Shown: positions 13,863 to 24,335 of the stretch, in pieces
Position numbering within the stretch: the first letter of the stretch is position 1
How the letters are laid out: the number at the start of each line of letters is the position of its first letter
DNA from: Eledone cirrhosa
Taxonomy: Eukaryota
NCBI GenBank assembly: GCA_964016885.1
Contig: OZ024760.1
Span: 17,484,001 to 17,548,000 of the forward strand
Length of the DNA: 64,000 nt
Reading direction: 5' to 3'
The notes under the pieces: generated by a model
The model's input: only the letters and a program-made list of their open reading frames with translations
Databases searched by the model: none
Told to the model about the DNA's origin: nothing
Made by a program: the position numbers and the translations under genes

Positions 13863-16800
13863 TCAGGGTGAGAGAAGAGAGAGAGGGGGAAGTGACAACT
13901 GACAGCCCATCATGAGGTGAGGTGTTTGATTCATAAGAACGCCCCTGCCTTTCAAATTAAAACCAAAACAACAGCAACAACAATACATACCTTCAAAGAA
14001 TCGGGAAAGGAAAATACGACATTCTCATTTTCCTTGACATGAGAAATGGTAGTGACAACAGATTCTCCATCTGCAATGAGAAAATCCACAATAGTAAACA
14101 ACTCTGATATAGCAGAAATACTCTTGGGTTTCAAATAATTGTCCTTCAACCCTGCTTATTAATTTTTCAGATTTTTTCCAACCCACCCGCTCATATTCCA
14201 ACCCCCCACCCTTGCTTATTAAATTTTGCTAATCTCTGGCAAAATTTTATTTTAAGTTGTAGCATTTCTGCAACAATTGATTTTCTTTAGACATTAAAAA
14301 ACATTATACATGATGAAAAACGTACATTACTAGAAATCCCATATGTTATAAAATATATAGGAAGGTTTAGAGTCTCAATATGTAAACTAAATGACTAATT
14401 CTGGTTTAGTGGTTAGAGCATTGGGCTTGCAATCGAAAGGTTGTGAGTTCAATTCTCAGACCGGGTAATGTGTTGTTTCCTTGAGCAAGACACTTTATTT
14501 CACATTGCTCCAGTTTACTCAGCTGTAGAAATGAGATGATAGGGACTATCATTCCACTGCAAAGTGGTCGTGGAGGTGCCACGGCAAAAAAGCACCCAGC
14601 ACTCACTGTAAATGAGGTTGGTGTTAGGAAGGGCATCCAGCTGTAGAAATCAAGCCAGAATCAGTTCCCGTCCCACCCTTGCAAGCAGGGAAAAGCGGAC
14701 GTAAAATGATGATGGTAACAGAGACAAACTAAAAAAATTAGATTTTCCAACCTCCCTTCCCTATCATTTGGAACCGAAATGGGGTTCTTCCGAAGAGTCT
14801 TTGGAGTAACATTACTCGATACAGTGCGTAGCTCGGAGATCAGAGAGTTACTCCAGGTAGAGCCGTTATTTCTCCGATTTGAGAGATCACAGCTCCGATA
14901 TTACGGACATGTGGTTAGAATGTATCAGGAAAGAATCCCTGGACAGATGTTATGGACAAAACCAACACGTAGGAGACCCAGGGGTAGACCTAGAGCGAGA
15001 TAGTTGGATAACATCCATGAGCTTGGCTGGTCTCACTTGGAGATCCAGCTGGATCAGTTGGAGACCGTTGTCTTTCCCTTGGACATCGGTGGTGTAGAGA
15101 GGGGAGCGGGTAATACATGGGCGACTGCTGGTCTTCCACAAACAACCTTGCCCAAGCTTGTGCCTTGGAGGGAAACTTTCTAGATGCAAAAACATGGTCA
15201 TTAATGACCGATGGAGGCTGCTAGGTTTGAATAAAAGAAAGGACGGTGCTGATTGGAACATATTTGATCATAGAACTCCTGGACAAAGGTTGATCTGAGA
15301 CTAAGCCACCATCATCACCACCATTAAAACCACTACTGCCACCAGCACCAAAACCACAACTACTATTGCCACCATCATCACTACCACCACATACAACAAG
15401 AGCTTACCTTTATACTTGAAGGAAGCCTTCGTAACATCAAGTTCAGCAGCATTTAATTTGAAACATTTCACGGACTCTTTAATCTACAATAGAAACAATA
15501 TATATAATATATATATTAACCGTTTAGCATTTACATTACTTTGAATGGAAAGAGGTGAGAGAATTCTGGCCAGATACAGCCGAAAACTTTATCTCATATA
15601 ATATCGAATCTATGAGATTTTCATATTATTTATTTTGAGAACAATACCTTAATGTCAGAATGAGCAACTAGTTTGAACAGAAAGAGGTGAGCGAATTCTG
15701 GCTGGATACATCCGGTTTAAATGCTAAAGGGTTAATAGTCAGAAAAACATCACCTAGAGCCACTACTCCTCCGAATTGAGAGATCACAGCTCTGATATTG
15801 TGGGCATCTGGTTAGAATGTCTAAGGAAAGAATCGCTGGACAGATTTAATGAGCAAAACCAACCGACAGGAGACCCAAGGGTAGATAGACCTCAGGCATG
15901 AGGGTTGGCTAACATCCGTGAGTTCAACTGGTTGCACTTGAGGATCAAGCAGGATCAGTTGGAGGTGGTTGCGAATCACATACCCATAGTATCAGAGCTG
16001 TGATCTGTCAATTCAGAGAAGTAGTGGCTCTACCTAAAGTGACTCTCTGATCTCCAAGCTACAAATATGTCCAGTGATTCTTTCCTTAGACATTCTAATT
16101 ACATGCCCATAGTATTGGAGCTGTGATCTCTCAATTTTGAGAAGTAGTGGCTCTACCTGAAGTGACTTTCTGATCTCTGAGCTACAAATATGTCCAGTGA
16201 TTCTTTCCTTAGACATTCTAATTACATGCCCATAGTATTGGAGCTGATCTCTCAATTTTGAGAAGTAGTGGCTCTACCTGAAGTGACTTTCTGATCTCCA
16301 AGCTACAAATATGTCCAGTGATTCTTTCCTTAGACATTCTAATTACATGCCCATAGTATTGGAGCTGATCTCTCAATTTTGAGAAGTAGTGGCTCTACCT
16401 GAAGTGACTTTCTGATCTCTGAGCTACAAATATGTCCAGTGATTCTTTCCTTAGACATTCTAATTACATGCCCATAGTATTGGAGCTGATCTCTCAATTT
16501 TGAGAAGTAGTGGCTCTACCTGAAGTGACTTTCTGATCTCTGAGCTACAAATATGTCCAGTGATTCTTTCCTTAGACATTCTAATCACATACCCATAGTA
16601 TTGGAGCTGATCTCTCAATTTTGAGAAGTAGTGGCTCTACCTGAAGTGACTTTCTGATCTCTGAGCTACAAATATGTCCAGTGATTCTTTCCTTAGACAT
16701 TCTAATTACATGCCCATAGCATTGGAGCTGATCTCTCAATTTTGAGAAGTAGTGGCTCTACCTGAAGTGACTTTCTGATCTCTGAGCTACAAATATGTCC

Positions 16801-18437
16801 AGTGATTCTTTCCTTAGACATTCTAATTACATGCCCATAGTATTGGAGCTGTGATCTCTCAATTTTGAGAAGTAGTGGCTCTACCTGAAGTGACTTTCTG
16901 ATCTCTGAGCTACAAATATGTCCAGTGATTCTTTCCTTAGACATTCTAATTACATGCCCATAGTATTGGAGCTGTGATCTCTCAATTTTGAGAAGTAGTG
17001 GCTCTACCTGAAGTGACTTTCTGATCTCTGAGCTACAAATATGTCCAGTGATTCTTTCCTTAGACATTCTAATTACATGCCCATAGTATTGGAGCTGTGA
17101 TCTCTCAATTTTGAGAAGTAGTGGCTCTACCTGAAGTGACTTTCTGATCTCTGAGCTACAAATATGTCCAGTGATTCTTTCCTGAAACATTCTAACTACA
17201 TGTCCATAGTATTGGAGCTGATCTCTCAATTTGGAGCTGAAGTGAGCTCTGATTTCCAAGCTATGAATTTTATCGAGTAACCCTCCATTTTGGCTGCTTG
17301 TATTTGCAATCATTTTTTTTATTTTTAGGTCAATAGACAAATTTCTAATTCACAATATCGACAAGAGGTGAAAATTAATACACAATACATTCACAATAAT
17401 TTAATAATTGTTTCTACTTTTGGCACAAGGCCAGCAATTACCCAGTGCATTACTAGTACTTTATTTTAATAATGGTTTCTTTATTAATAATTTAATAATA
17501 GAAACAAAAGAAAAAAAGTCGTATTCATCGAACGCCCAACCTTTTATTTCTAATACACATCCGGCTAAATGTCTTGTTTAACTCTAGGTCAGACCTGATT
17601 AGTGATCAAAAAGCTTTTTTCAGACAGGACCACACACACATTTGTTTTTCAAATATAATACATCTAGAACTATTACATTATTTAACACTCTCCTCTTTAG
17701 AAGGCATGGGTTAATTCAAGTGACATTTAGCTGCTATTTCTAGTCAGTGAAGTGGCCACGTTCTACGTAGGACATGCAGCTCCATATGTCGTCTATAACC
17801 AACCATGCCAGACCTGAACCAGGCAGATGTGTGACCACAAAGCCTAGTCATATCCACCCAGTTTCTGATTCAGACACAATACACCAAGGACCACATTGTC
17901 TAATATTTCTTTCATCCACCCCCACCCCCCTTCTTCTTTAGTAGGCATAGTTTAAGATTAACGAGACATTGGGCTGCTATTTCTAGCCAATCAATCGGCA
18001 ACGTAGAGGATCTTCCGTTGGTTTAACCCAGGGTATAAAATTTATTAAAATCACCACACAATACAGTGTTAATATAAAGTCTACAATTTTAAATATAATT
18101 AAATTCACGACCCCCCCCCCCCCCTAAAATTGGGGGTAAATAAACCGACCGAATTTCAGAATAGGCACCACTGGTTTAATTTTCTTTTACAATTTATTTT
18201 TATAAAATATTTTTTTACTTAAAATGGACAGTGAGTGGACAGAGACATTAAATTGTAACAAATTGAAACACTTTAAAAAATATGCAAAGATTTAGTCGTT
18301 ATCTCTCTATATAATCACAATTGTATGCCGCCGCCTCCGTATATATATATGTGTATATATCACCTATATATTATGAAATACTGTGTGCTTCTTGCTCATA
18401 ATAATTTCTACACTTTTCATTTATATGTGTATATATA

Positions 18438-18469
<32 letters not shown>

Positions 18470-18592
18470 TCAGCTTGAAACTGGTTTGACCAGAACTGGT
18501 CGTTGAAACGGCAAGAGTTCGGCCGTCAGGGTCATGATTCTTTATAATTATATATATACAGGTGTGTATATATATATATTCACACATATGTA

Positions 18593-18623
<31 letters not shown>

Positions 18624-19251
18624 GTATATAGAGAACAGCAGATATGGTCAGACACATGGAGAAGACATTAGCAGTATATAATATATATATATATATATAT
18701 ACAAACAGGATGTCCCCCAAAAATGTATACACACTTCAACAGCATTCAAATAAATATTGCCTGTACAGGTAATCAAAGTGTGTATACATTTTTTTGCACA
18801 CCCTGTATATATATAACAAATATGTAATAAAATCTCTTTATTATAGTAATAAAACTAATAATTCTTTCTTCTTTGTTATCATAGTAACAAGATAAGGCTC
18901 GTTTATTGAAGTAACATTACAACAGTATAGTATAGTACAAACAATATGGTATTACTATAATAAAACAAACTACTTTTGGCACAAGGCCAGCAATTATCGC
19001 AGTGTATTACTGGTACTTTATTTTATCGACCCCGTAAGGATGAAAGACAAAGTTAACCTCGGCGGGATTTTAACTCAGACCGCAAAGGGCCGTAACTCTA
19101 TGCCGCAAAGCATGGCGTCCGACCCTAAAATAAAACAATAATGCCGCAGTTTTAGCGCCGGCGCCGGACAATAAGCTTCCGGCATGCCGGACTACAGGCG
19201 ATCCAGTTTCAATTTCCGTTTTAAGCAGCTTGACTTCTCTTTCTCTTTCAT

Positions 19252-19284
<33 letters not shown>

Positions 19285-19579
19285 CATAAATATATGTATA
19301 TATACATAAATATATGTATATATATATATATATATATATACACAGGGTGTCCCCAAAAATGTATACACACTTTGATTACTTGTACAGGCAATATTTATTA
19401 GAATGCTGTTAAAGTGTGTATACGTTTTTGGGACACCCAGTATATATATCTATATATTATATATATAATAAAGATCGGGGACCGACGGCTGAGCCCTGCC
19501 GTTTCAACAGCCAGTCCCATAAATATATACACTTTGATTAGAATGCTGCTGAAGTGTGTATACATTTTTGGGGGACACC

Positions 19580-19639
<60 letters not shown>

Positions 19640-20171
19640 GGTGTCCCCCAAAAATGTTGGCTTTCATGATTTCATACGAATGAAACAGTTCTAGTCTTGT
19701 AGAATGATCTTTTCACTAGACTTATGTATTGAGTACATTGTTTTATTGTGGTTACTCCTGATTTAACTCGGGATCTACACATATATAGCATATATGCTAT
19801 ATATATATATATATGTTATATATGTGTAGATCCCGAGTTAAATCAGGAGTAACCACAATAAAACAATGTACTCAATACATAAGTCTAGTGAAAAGATCAT
19901 TGTACAGGACTAGAACTGTTTCATTCGTATGAAATCATGAAAGCCAACACATTTTCAAATGGAGATGAAAAAGAAATGTTCCTGTTAATGTCCTAAATAA
20001 ATTATTTTTCAATGAAAAAAAAGACAAACCTTCAGATCATTTTTTTTCTTCTCCCTCCCGCTGTTGTCTATATTGTGTGGACATTATATACACACACACA
20101 CACATTATATATACATATATATATAGAGGGTGTCCCCCAAAAATGTATACACACTTTAGCATTCTAATCAA

Positions 20172-20202
<31 letters not shown>

Positions 20203-20245
20203 AATATACATGTATATATATATACATATATATGTATATACACAC

Positions 20246-20295
<50 letters not shown>

Positions 20296-20450
20296 TCCAG
20301 AAATAGTCATCGAAACGGCTTGAGCTCTGCCGTCGGGGTTAAACATTTTCCTATATATATATATATATACACACATGTGTTATATATATATATATTATTG
20401 CACAGTCATTACATCTAAATTATATATGTATGTATAAATGCCGCTATATT

Positions 20451-20485
<35 letters not shown>

Positions 20486-20624
20486 AATATATATAACTTA
20501 CTTCAACATCAATATCGCCGGATCCGGTGAATGTGAATTTCTCCAAGTCTGGTTGGAATTTTAGGGCATAATTGATGGGTAAAACAGATGAGGGTAGGTG
20601 TTCAAACGGACGTCTCTCAGCCAT
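2300..20624 (-). CDS. NPEPPS: Puromycin-sensitive aminopeptidase (M1 zinc aminopeptidase), 5' part: 14 coding exons, 579 codons, gene continues beyond position 1
   Basis: GT-AG exons join in frame: 20502-20624, 15408-15483, 13991-14070, 13344-13469, 12439-12546, 10649-10849, 9435-9531, 8244-8392, 7384-7548, 6818-6922, 5856-6011, 4618-4696, 3530-3666, 2300-2434. Motifs: [28 protein letters not shown]-x18-[10 protein letters not shown]-terminus [11 protein letters not shown] resembles vertebrate MPEKRPFERLP. Confidence 0.95.
2868..3160. mobile_element. Unclassified dispersed repeat; second copy in opposite orientation at ~53262-53543
   Basis: Near-identical ~290 bp sequence at two loci, both adjacent to (TA)n. 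Confidence 0.75.
3175..3478 (-). mobile_element. RTE-clade 5'UTR-derived non-autonomous element
   Basis: Minus strand contains CTAGGAGAAGGAAAACTCTGA, a motif recalled from RTE LINE 5'UTRs. Its 5' end has HDV-like ribozyme features (see findings). Confidence 0.5.
3530..3666 (-). CDS. NPEPPS: NPEPPS coding exon 13
   Basis: [46 protein letters not shown]; cag/gtgagt. Confidence 0.9.
4618..4696 (-). CDS. NPEPPS: NPEPPS coding exon 12
   Basis: [26 protein letters not shown]; cag/gtaaaa. Confidence 0.88.
5520..5720 (-). mobile_element. tRNA-derived SINE (dominant family). Further copies near 11865, 18970, 24995, 25210, 27770, 29475-29870, 47370-47765, 53670, 53964, 56066.
   Basis: B-box-like GAGTTCAAATCCCGCCGAGG plus shared TTTGCCTTTCATCCTTACGGGGTCGATAAAATAAAGTACCAG core and (ATT)n tail. 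Confidence 0.85.
5856..6011 (-). CDS. NPEPPS: NPEPPS coding exon 11
   Basis: [52 protein letters not shown]; cag/gtaag. Confidence 0.93.
6165..6800. repeat. ~48-bp AT-rich intronic minisatellite
   Basis: Repeated TATACTATAGTTGGGTATATTAGTATTTCATTTT(AT)n. Confidence 0.9.
6818..6922 (-). CDS. NPEPPS: NPEPPS coding exon 10 (catalytic Tyr region)
   Basis: [35 protein letters not shown]; cag/gtaagt. Confidence 0.95.
7384..7548 (-). CDS. NPEPPS: NPEPPS coding exon 9 (third Zn ligand Glu)
   Basis: [55 protein letters not shown]. Confidence 0.95.
8244..8392 (-). CDS. NPEPPS: NPEPPS coding exon 8 (GAMEN and HEXXH)
   Basis: [50 protein letters not shown]. Confidence 0.97.
8521..8618 (-). pseudogene. 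Decayed, internally deleted duplicate of NPEPPS exon 7 with flanking intron
   Basis: AAAATATTTACTGATCACTAAGATAATC..AATTGCAGTGTTTTTACTGTTACC aligns to 9420-9457 joined to 9513-9532. Both splice sites are mutated. Confidence 0.7.
8625..9210 (+). mobile_element. RTE-clade LINE 3' fragment with ~3 internal tandem copies of a ~120-bp unit
   Basis: [32 protein letters not shown], an RTE RT C-terminal signature. Confidence 0.8.
9435..9531 (-). CDS. NPEPPS: NPEPPS coding exon 7
   Basis: [32 protein letters not shown]; cag/gtcagt. Confidence 0.93.
9600..10235. repeat. Compound minisatellite ACACATATATACAGTAAATATGTGTG(TA)n
   Basis: About 13 units with variable TA tracts. Confidence 0.9.
10649..10849 (-). 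CDS. NPEPPS: NPEPPS coding exon 6
   Basis: [67 protein letters not shown]. Confidence 0.95.
10989..11187. mobile_element. hAT-type MITE
   Basis: TIRs CAGACATGTCAAAC / GTTTGACATGCCAG with near-identical 8-bp flanks GTCTAAAA / GTGTAAAA (TSD). Confidence 0.75.
12439..12546 (-). CDS. NPEPPS: NPEPPS coding exon 5
   Basis: [36 protein letters not shown]. Confidence 0.96.
13344..13469 (-). CDS. NPEPPS: NPEPPS coding exon 4
   Basis: [42 protein letters not shown]. Confidence 0.95.
13991..14070 (-). CDS. NPEPPS: NPEPPS coding exon 3
   Basis: [27 protein letters not shown]; phases fit neighbours. Confidence 0.88.
14404..14715 (+). mobile_element. tRNA-derived SINE, second family (partial inverted copy at ~3885-4013)
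   Basis: A/B-box-like TAGTGGTTAGAGC..GAGTTCAATTC, CCTTGAGCAAGACACT core, GTTGGTGTTAGGAAGGGCATCCAGC segment and (GAT)n tail. Confidence 0.75.
14773..15070 (+). mobile_element. RTE-clade LINE 3' fragment
   Basis: [59 protein letters not shown]. Confidence 0.88.
15408..15483 (-). CDS. NPEPPS: NPEPPS coding exon 2
   Basis: [25 protein letters not shown]; tag/gtaagc. Confidence 0.88.
15516..15735. mobile_element. piggyBac-type MITE (related copies ~4840-5010, 13230-13312, 30720-31060, 31290-31495)
   Basis: TTAA-CCGTTTAGCATTTA ... TAAATGCTAAAGGG-TTAA termini. Confidence 0.75.
15978..17245 (-). repeat. ~10-unit tandem array (121/123 bp) derived from RTE reverse-transcriptase 3' coding sequence
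   Basis: Repeating 41-aa unit [41 protein letters not shown]. Confidence 0.9.
18705..20180. mobile_element. Cluster of Tc1/mariner-type MITEs (~18706-18805, 19342-19440, 19525-19585, 20127-20180; another at ~32745-32843)
   Basis: TIR CAGGGTGTCCCCAAAAATGTATACACACTTT flanked by TA-rich sequence. Confidence 0.7.
20502..20624 (-). CDS. NPEPPS: NPEPPS first coding exon (probable acceptor at 20654, implying an upstream exon)
   Basis: ATG at 20624, [41 protein letters not shown]|gtaagt; upstream ttcatcaccatcattacag acceptor. Confidence 0.9.
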
Positions 20625-21779
20625 GATGTCGTGGGGTGTCTTCTTAATATCAAGCTGTAATGATGGTGATGAATGAATAATAATAGTGCAGTGGCAGTGT
20701 TGGTGTAGTTGGAGTTGCCGGCAGAGGTGGACTGTATAGTAGTAGTAGTAGTGATGGTGGCGGCGGTGGTGGTGTGGTGGTAGCGGTCTGAGTGGTAGCA
20801 GTGATGGTGGTGGTTTGTGTAGTAGTGGCGGTGGCGGTATACTGTAGTAGTGGTGGTGGTGGTGGTGGTGCGGGTGGCGGTGTGCTGTAGTAGTGGTGGT
20901 GGCGGTCTGAGTAGTAGTAGCAGTGATGGTGGTGGTTTGTGTAGTAGTGGTGGTGCGGGTGGCGGTCTGAGTAGTAGCAGTGGTGGTGGTGGTGGTTTGT
21001 GTGGCGGTGTGTGTAGGGGTGGTGGTGGTGGTAATAATAACTATAATGAAATTATTAATAATAATGTGACTAATGAGGAGAGAAAAAGGCGAGCAGACTG
21101 CTGTGATATGTTTCACTAAGTGGGGTATATCCCCTGGGTTATATATAAATATATATATTTACAGAAATATATATGTACATATATAGAGAGAGAGACTGGG
21201 ATAGATAGAGAGGGTGAGAGAGAGAGAGTGAGTGAGTTAAATTGATATAGATATTGCGAGAGAGAGAGAGTGAGTGAGATAGATAGATAGACAGTTTAAG
21301 AGAGGAGTGAGGTGAATAGATAGAAAGCTAGTATAAGAGAACGATAAGGTAGACAGTGTGATACTGTAAGAGAGGAGTGAGATAGATAGATAAAGGAATG
21401 ATAGAGAGTGAGTAGTATGGCTTTGTGACACGGGAACGAGGCCACTTTCTCGTGACAATTTCCTATTTTAGGTCACATTGTCGTTGTCATCACCGATAAC
21501 AATTTATCATCATCTGTCACCATTATTATAAAGAAATCGTTATTATATATATAATGTTGCATTTATGGGCCTTTTCAACTTTCTGTTTACAAATTAAAGA
21601 TATATATTTTTTTGTAACTTTTATTACCCATAATAGTTTACATATACACATACATACATATAAAAATTAGCAAAAAAAAAACCCCCCAAATAAAAGTATA
21701 AAGGACAATTCGATGAAACCACGAAGCAACGTTAACCACATTGAAAGGTTTTTAACATTAAAGTCTGCTACTGTGAGAG

Positions 21780-22260
21780 TTGAGAAGCACGTGACATCTA
21801 CTTCCGTTTCCTATCAATATTTCATCACTTATAATCGCTACAGATCAAGCTGACGACACCAAATACATTATGTTTATTCAATGAAGTAATAACTCTAACA
21901 CACACTATTTCTCTCTGTATATTTATCTACACATCCATCTCTATATTTTTAATCTTTTCCCCCCTTTACTTTTTATTTCTAACGATAACAAAAAGGTAAC
22001 AAAAACAGCTGGGATCTTATTCGTTTCGTTAATTCTGGAAAGCCAAGTTACTTTTTATACGTTCCCCAATTATCGCAACTTCTAAATTTAATCAAATTGT
22101 TTTTAATTTACTTTTAACTACGAATTAATTTATTTTCTTCTGGTAATCTGTTTATAAAAAATTGTATAAATGTATTGTGTTCGATTGTTAGTGGATGACT
22201 TGCTTTTTATACTTACGGAAACACCCGGAAATGTCCGTTGTCTTAAAACGAAAGAGGAAC
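21780..22260. promoter_or_regulatory. Candidate bidirectional promoter for NPEPPS/TRMT10B
   Basis: Repeat-free interval between divergent genes. E-box CACGTGAC (21788), ETS-like ACTTCCG (21800), ACGGAA/CCGGAAAT (~22215-22232). Confidence 0.4.
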
Positions 22261-22733
22261 CAGAATAGGCCTGATACTTTCTTTATCGACCATCAAAAGT
22301 GTAAAGAATATCGGTAATTTTTCTAGGTTGTCTCTGTTGATTAAAAAAAAACAGAATTAGTGGTTTAGTTTACATATTGAGACCCCAACCGATCCTTCAT
22401 ATTTTATTTAAATATATATAATAATAATAATAATAATGAAATTATTGTGTAAAGTGCTCAGGTGCACCACAACTCGTCAATATAGTACATAGAATAATAC
22501 ACAAATGTCAGGGAAGTATATTTATATATAAACAAAAGGGATATTTAAAAGAATAAATATGGTTTTATAAATATAGTTTCCATTTATTAATATCATTGAT
22601 TTATATTTATATATGCAGAGGTTATATTTAATTTTTAAATGTTTATAACTGTTATAAAGCACTCAACAGATTAGTGGAGTAAATATTCAATATATTAATA
22701 AATGGAAACTATATTTATAAAACCATATTTATT

Positions 22734-22791
22734 TTATTATACATATTTCAAGGGCAACCAAGGCAAATTATGGTGCGCTTTCATCAGATAA
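22734..22791 (-). ncRNA. Type I hammerhead ribozyme motif, stem I shortened by a foldback junction
   Basis: UUAU-CUGAUGA-[imperfect stem II]-GAAA-UAUGUA-UA-AUAA; same family as 54323-54387. Confidence 0.6.
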
Positions 22792-22884
22792 GCGCACCAT
22801 AATTTGCCTTGGTTGCCCTTAAAATATGTATAATAAAATAAATATGGTTTTATAAATATAGTTTCCATTTATTAATATATTGTA

Positions 22885-22932
<48 letters not shown>

Positions 22933-23208
22933 ATATTTATCATCATCATCACCGTTTAACGTTCGTTCTTCCACGCTAGCATGGGTTGTCCTGTTGTGGG
23001 CAGTGTCTGGTCGGCTGACCATGCCTTGCTCATACAGGAACTGATTTGGCTTGATTTCTACAGCTGGATGCCCTTCCTAACACCAACCTCATTTACAGTG
23101 AATTTATATATATATTAAACACTACGGAAAATACTGTATATATTTATATATATATATATTTATATATATATATATTATATATATATTTATATATTATATA
23201 TATATATT

Positions 23209-23242
<34 letters not shown>

Positions 23243-23294
23243 TATATATACATATATTTATATATATATTTATATATATATTTATATATATATA

Positions 23295-23567
23295 AGACAG
23301 TTTCTCTCTCAACACATCCATGCTCGGTCGTTCACGCACATTGACATTGCACATCCAACGGAGCATGTTTGCCTCATTTCTCTCCAGCCGTCGCATATCC
23401 TCTGCAGTTGCTGCCCATGTTTCACTATCATGCAGCATCGCGCTCTTCACACAGGCATCATATAACCAGCCTTTCGTATGCAGGGAGAAACCCTTCTTCA
23501 TCAACAGAAGAAGCAGCTCTCTAAACTTCTTCCAACCCGTCCTTATTCTAGATACTATGGCCTCGGA
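23295..23567 (-). mobile_element. RTE-clade LINE fragment
   Basis: [50 protein letters not shown]. Confidence 0.88.
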
Positions 23568-23683
23568 TATATATACATATATATATATTTATATACATAT
23601 ATATAATATATATAAATATATATATATATACATATATATAAATATATATATATATACATATATATAAATATATATATATATAC

Positions 23684-23732
<49 letters not shown>

Positions 23733-23841
23733 TATAAATATATATATATATACATATATATATATACATATATATAAATATATATATACATATATACATA
23801 TATATATATACATATATATAAATATATATATATATACATAC

Positions 23842-23874
<33 letters not shown>

Positions 23875-23909
23875 ATATAAGATCAAAAGATGGTTAAAGG
23901 AGTTCAATA

Positions 23910-23980
23910 TATTTTATTATGCGCATTTCAAAAACAAACATCATCAAACAATAATATTTGTGTTTTCATCAGATAAAACA
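23910..23980 (-). ncRNA. Type I hammerhead ribozyme (mirror copy in left palindrome arm)
   Basis: Exact reverse complement of 24106-24176. Confidence 0.8.
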
Positions 23981-24105
23981 GGAGAACATGATATGAAGGC
24001 TAAAAAAACACTTGTTGATAGTGCAGTTTTAAATCAACATATCATATGTTGATTTAAAACTGCACTATCAACAAGTGTTTTTTTAGCCTTCATATCATGT
24101 TCTCC

Positions 24106-24176
24106 TGTTTTATCTGATGAAAACACAAATATTATTGTTTGATGATGTTTGTTTTTGAAATGCGCATAATAAAATA
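24106..24176 (+). ncRNA. Type I hammerhead ribozyme with palindromic stem III
   Basis: UGUUUUAU-CUGAUGA-stem II (14/15 pairs, loop UGUUUG)-GAAA-UGCGCA-UA-AUAAAAUA; predicted cleavage after 24168. Confidence 0.82.
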
Positions 24177-24301
24177 TATTGAACTCCTTTAACCATCTTT
24201 TGATCTTATATTATGCATACTCCAGTCCCACAAACTGTAGAGTGCTTCTTATCCGATATCTGCATTGCTTTATTGTACTACAATAAAACTCACCTCCTAC
24301 A

Positions 24302-24335
<34 letters not shown>

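Noticed and set aside
16702-17340. 212-aa repeat ORF
   Set aside because: Tandem copies of a LINE RT fragment; neighbouring units are frameshifted
20655-21116. Thr/His/Pro-rich in-frame N-terminal extension of NPEPPS, superficially signal-anchor plus mucin stalk
   Set aside because: Starts at GTG with no in-frame ATG, consists of trinucleotide repeats, and a good acceptor lies at 20654; probably intron, though cDNA is needed to exclude it
21850-21890. CTGACGA motif (also CTGATGA at 29167 and CTGACGA at ~44433)
   Set aside because: No paired stem II followed by GAAA..UH; not hammerheads
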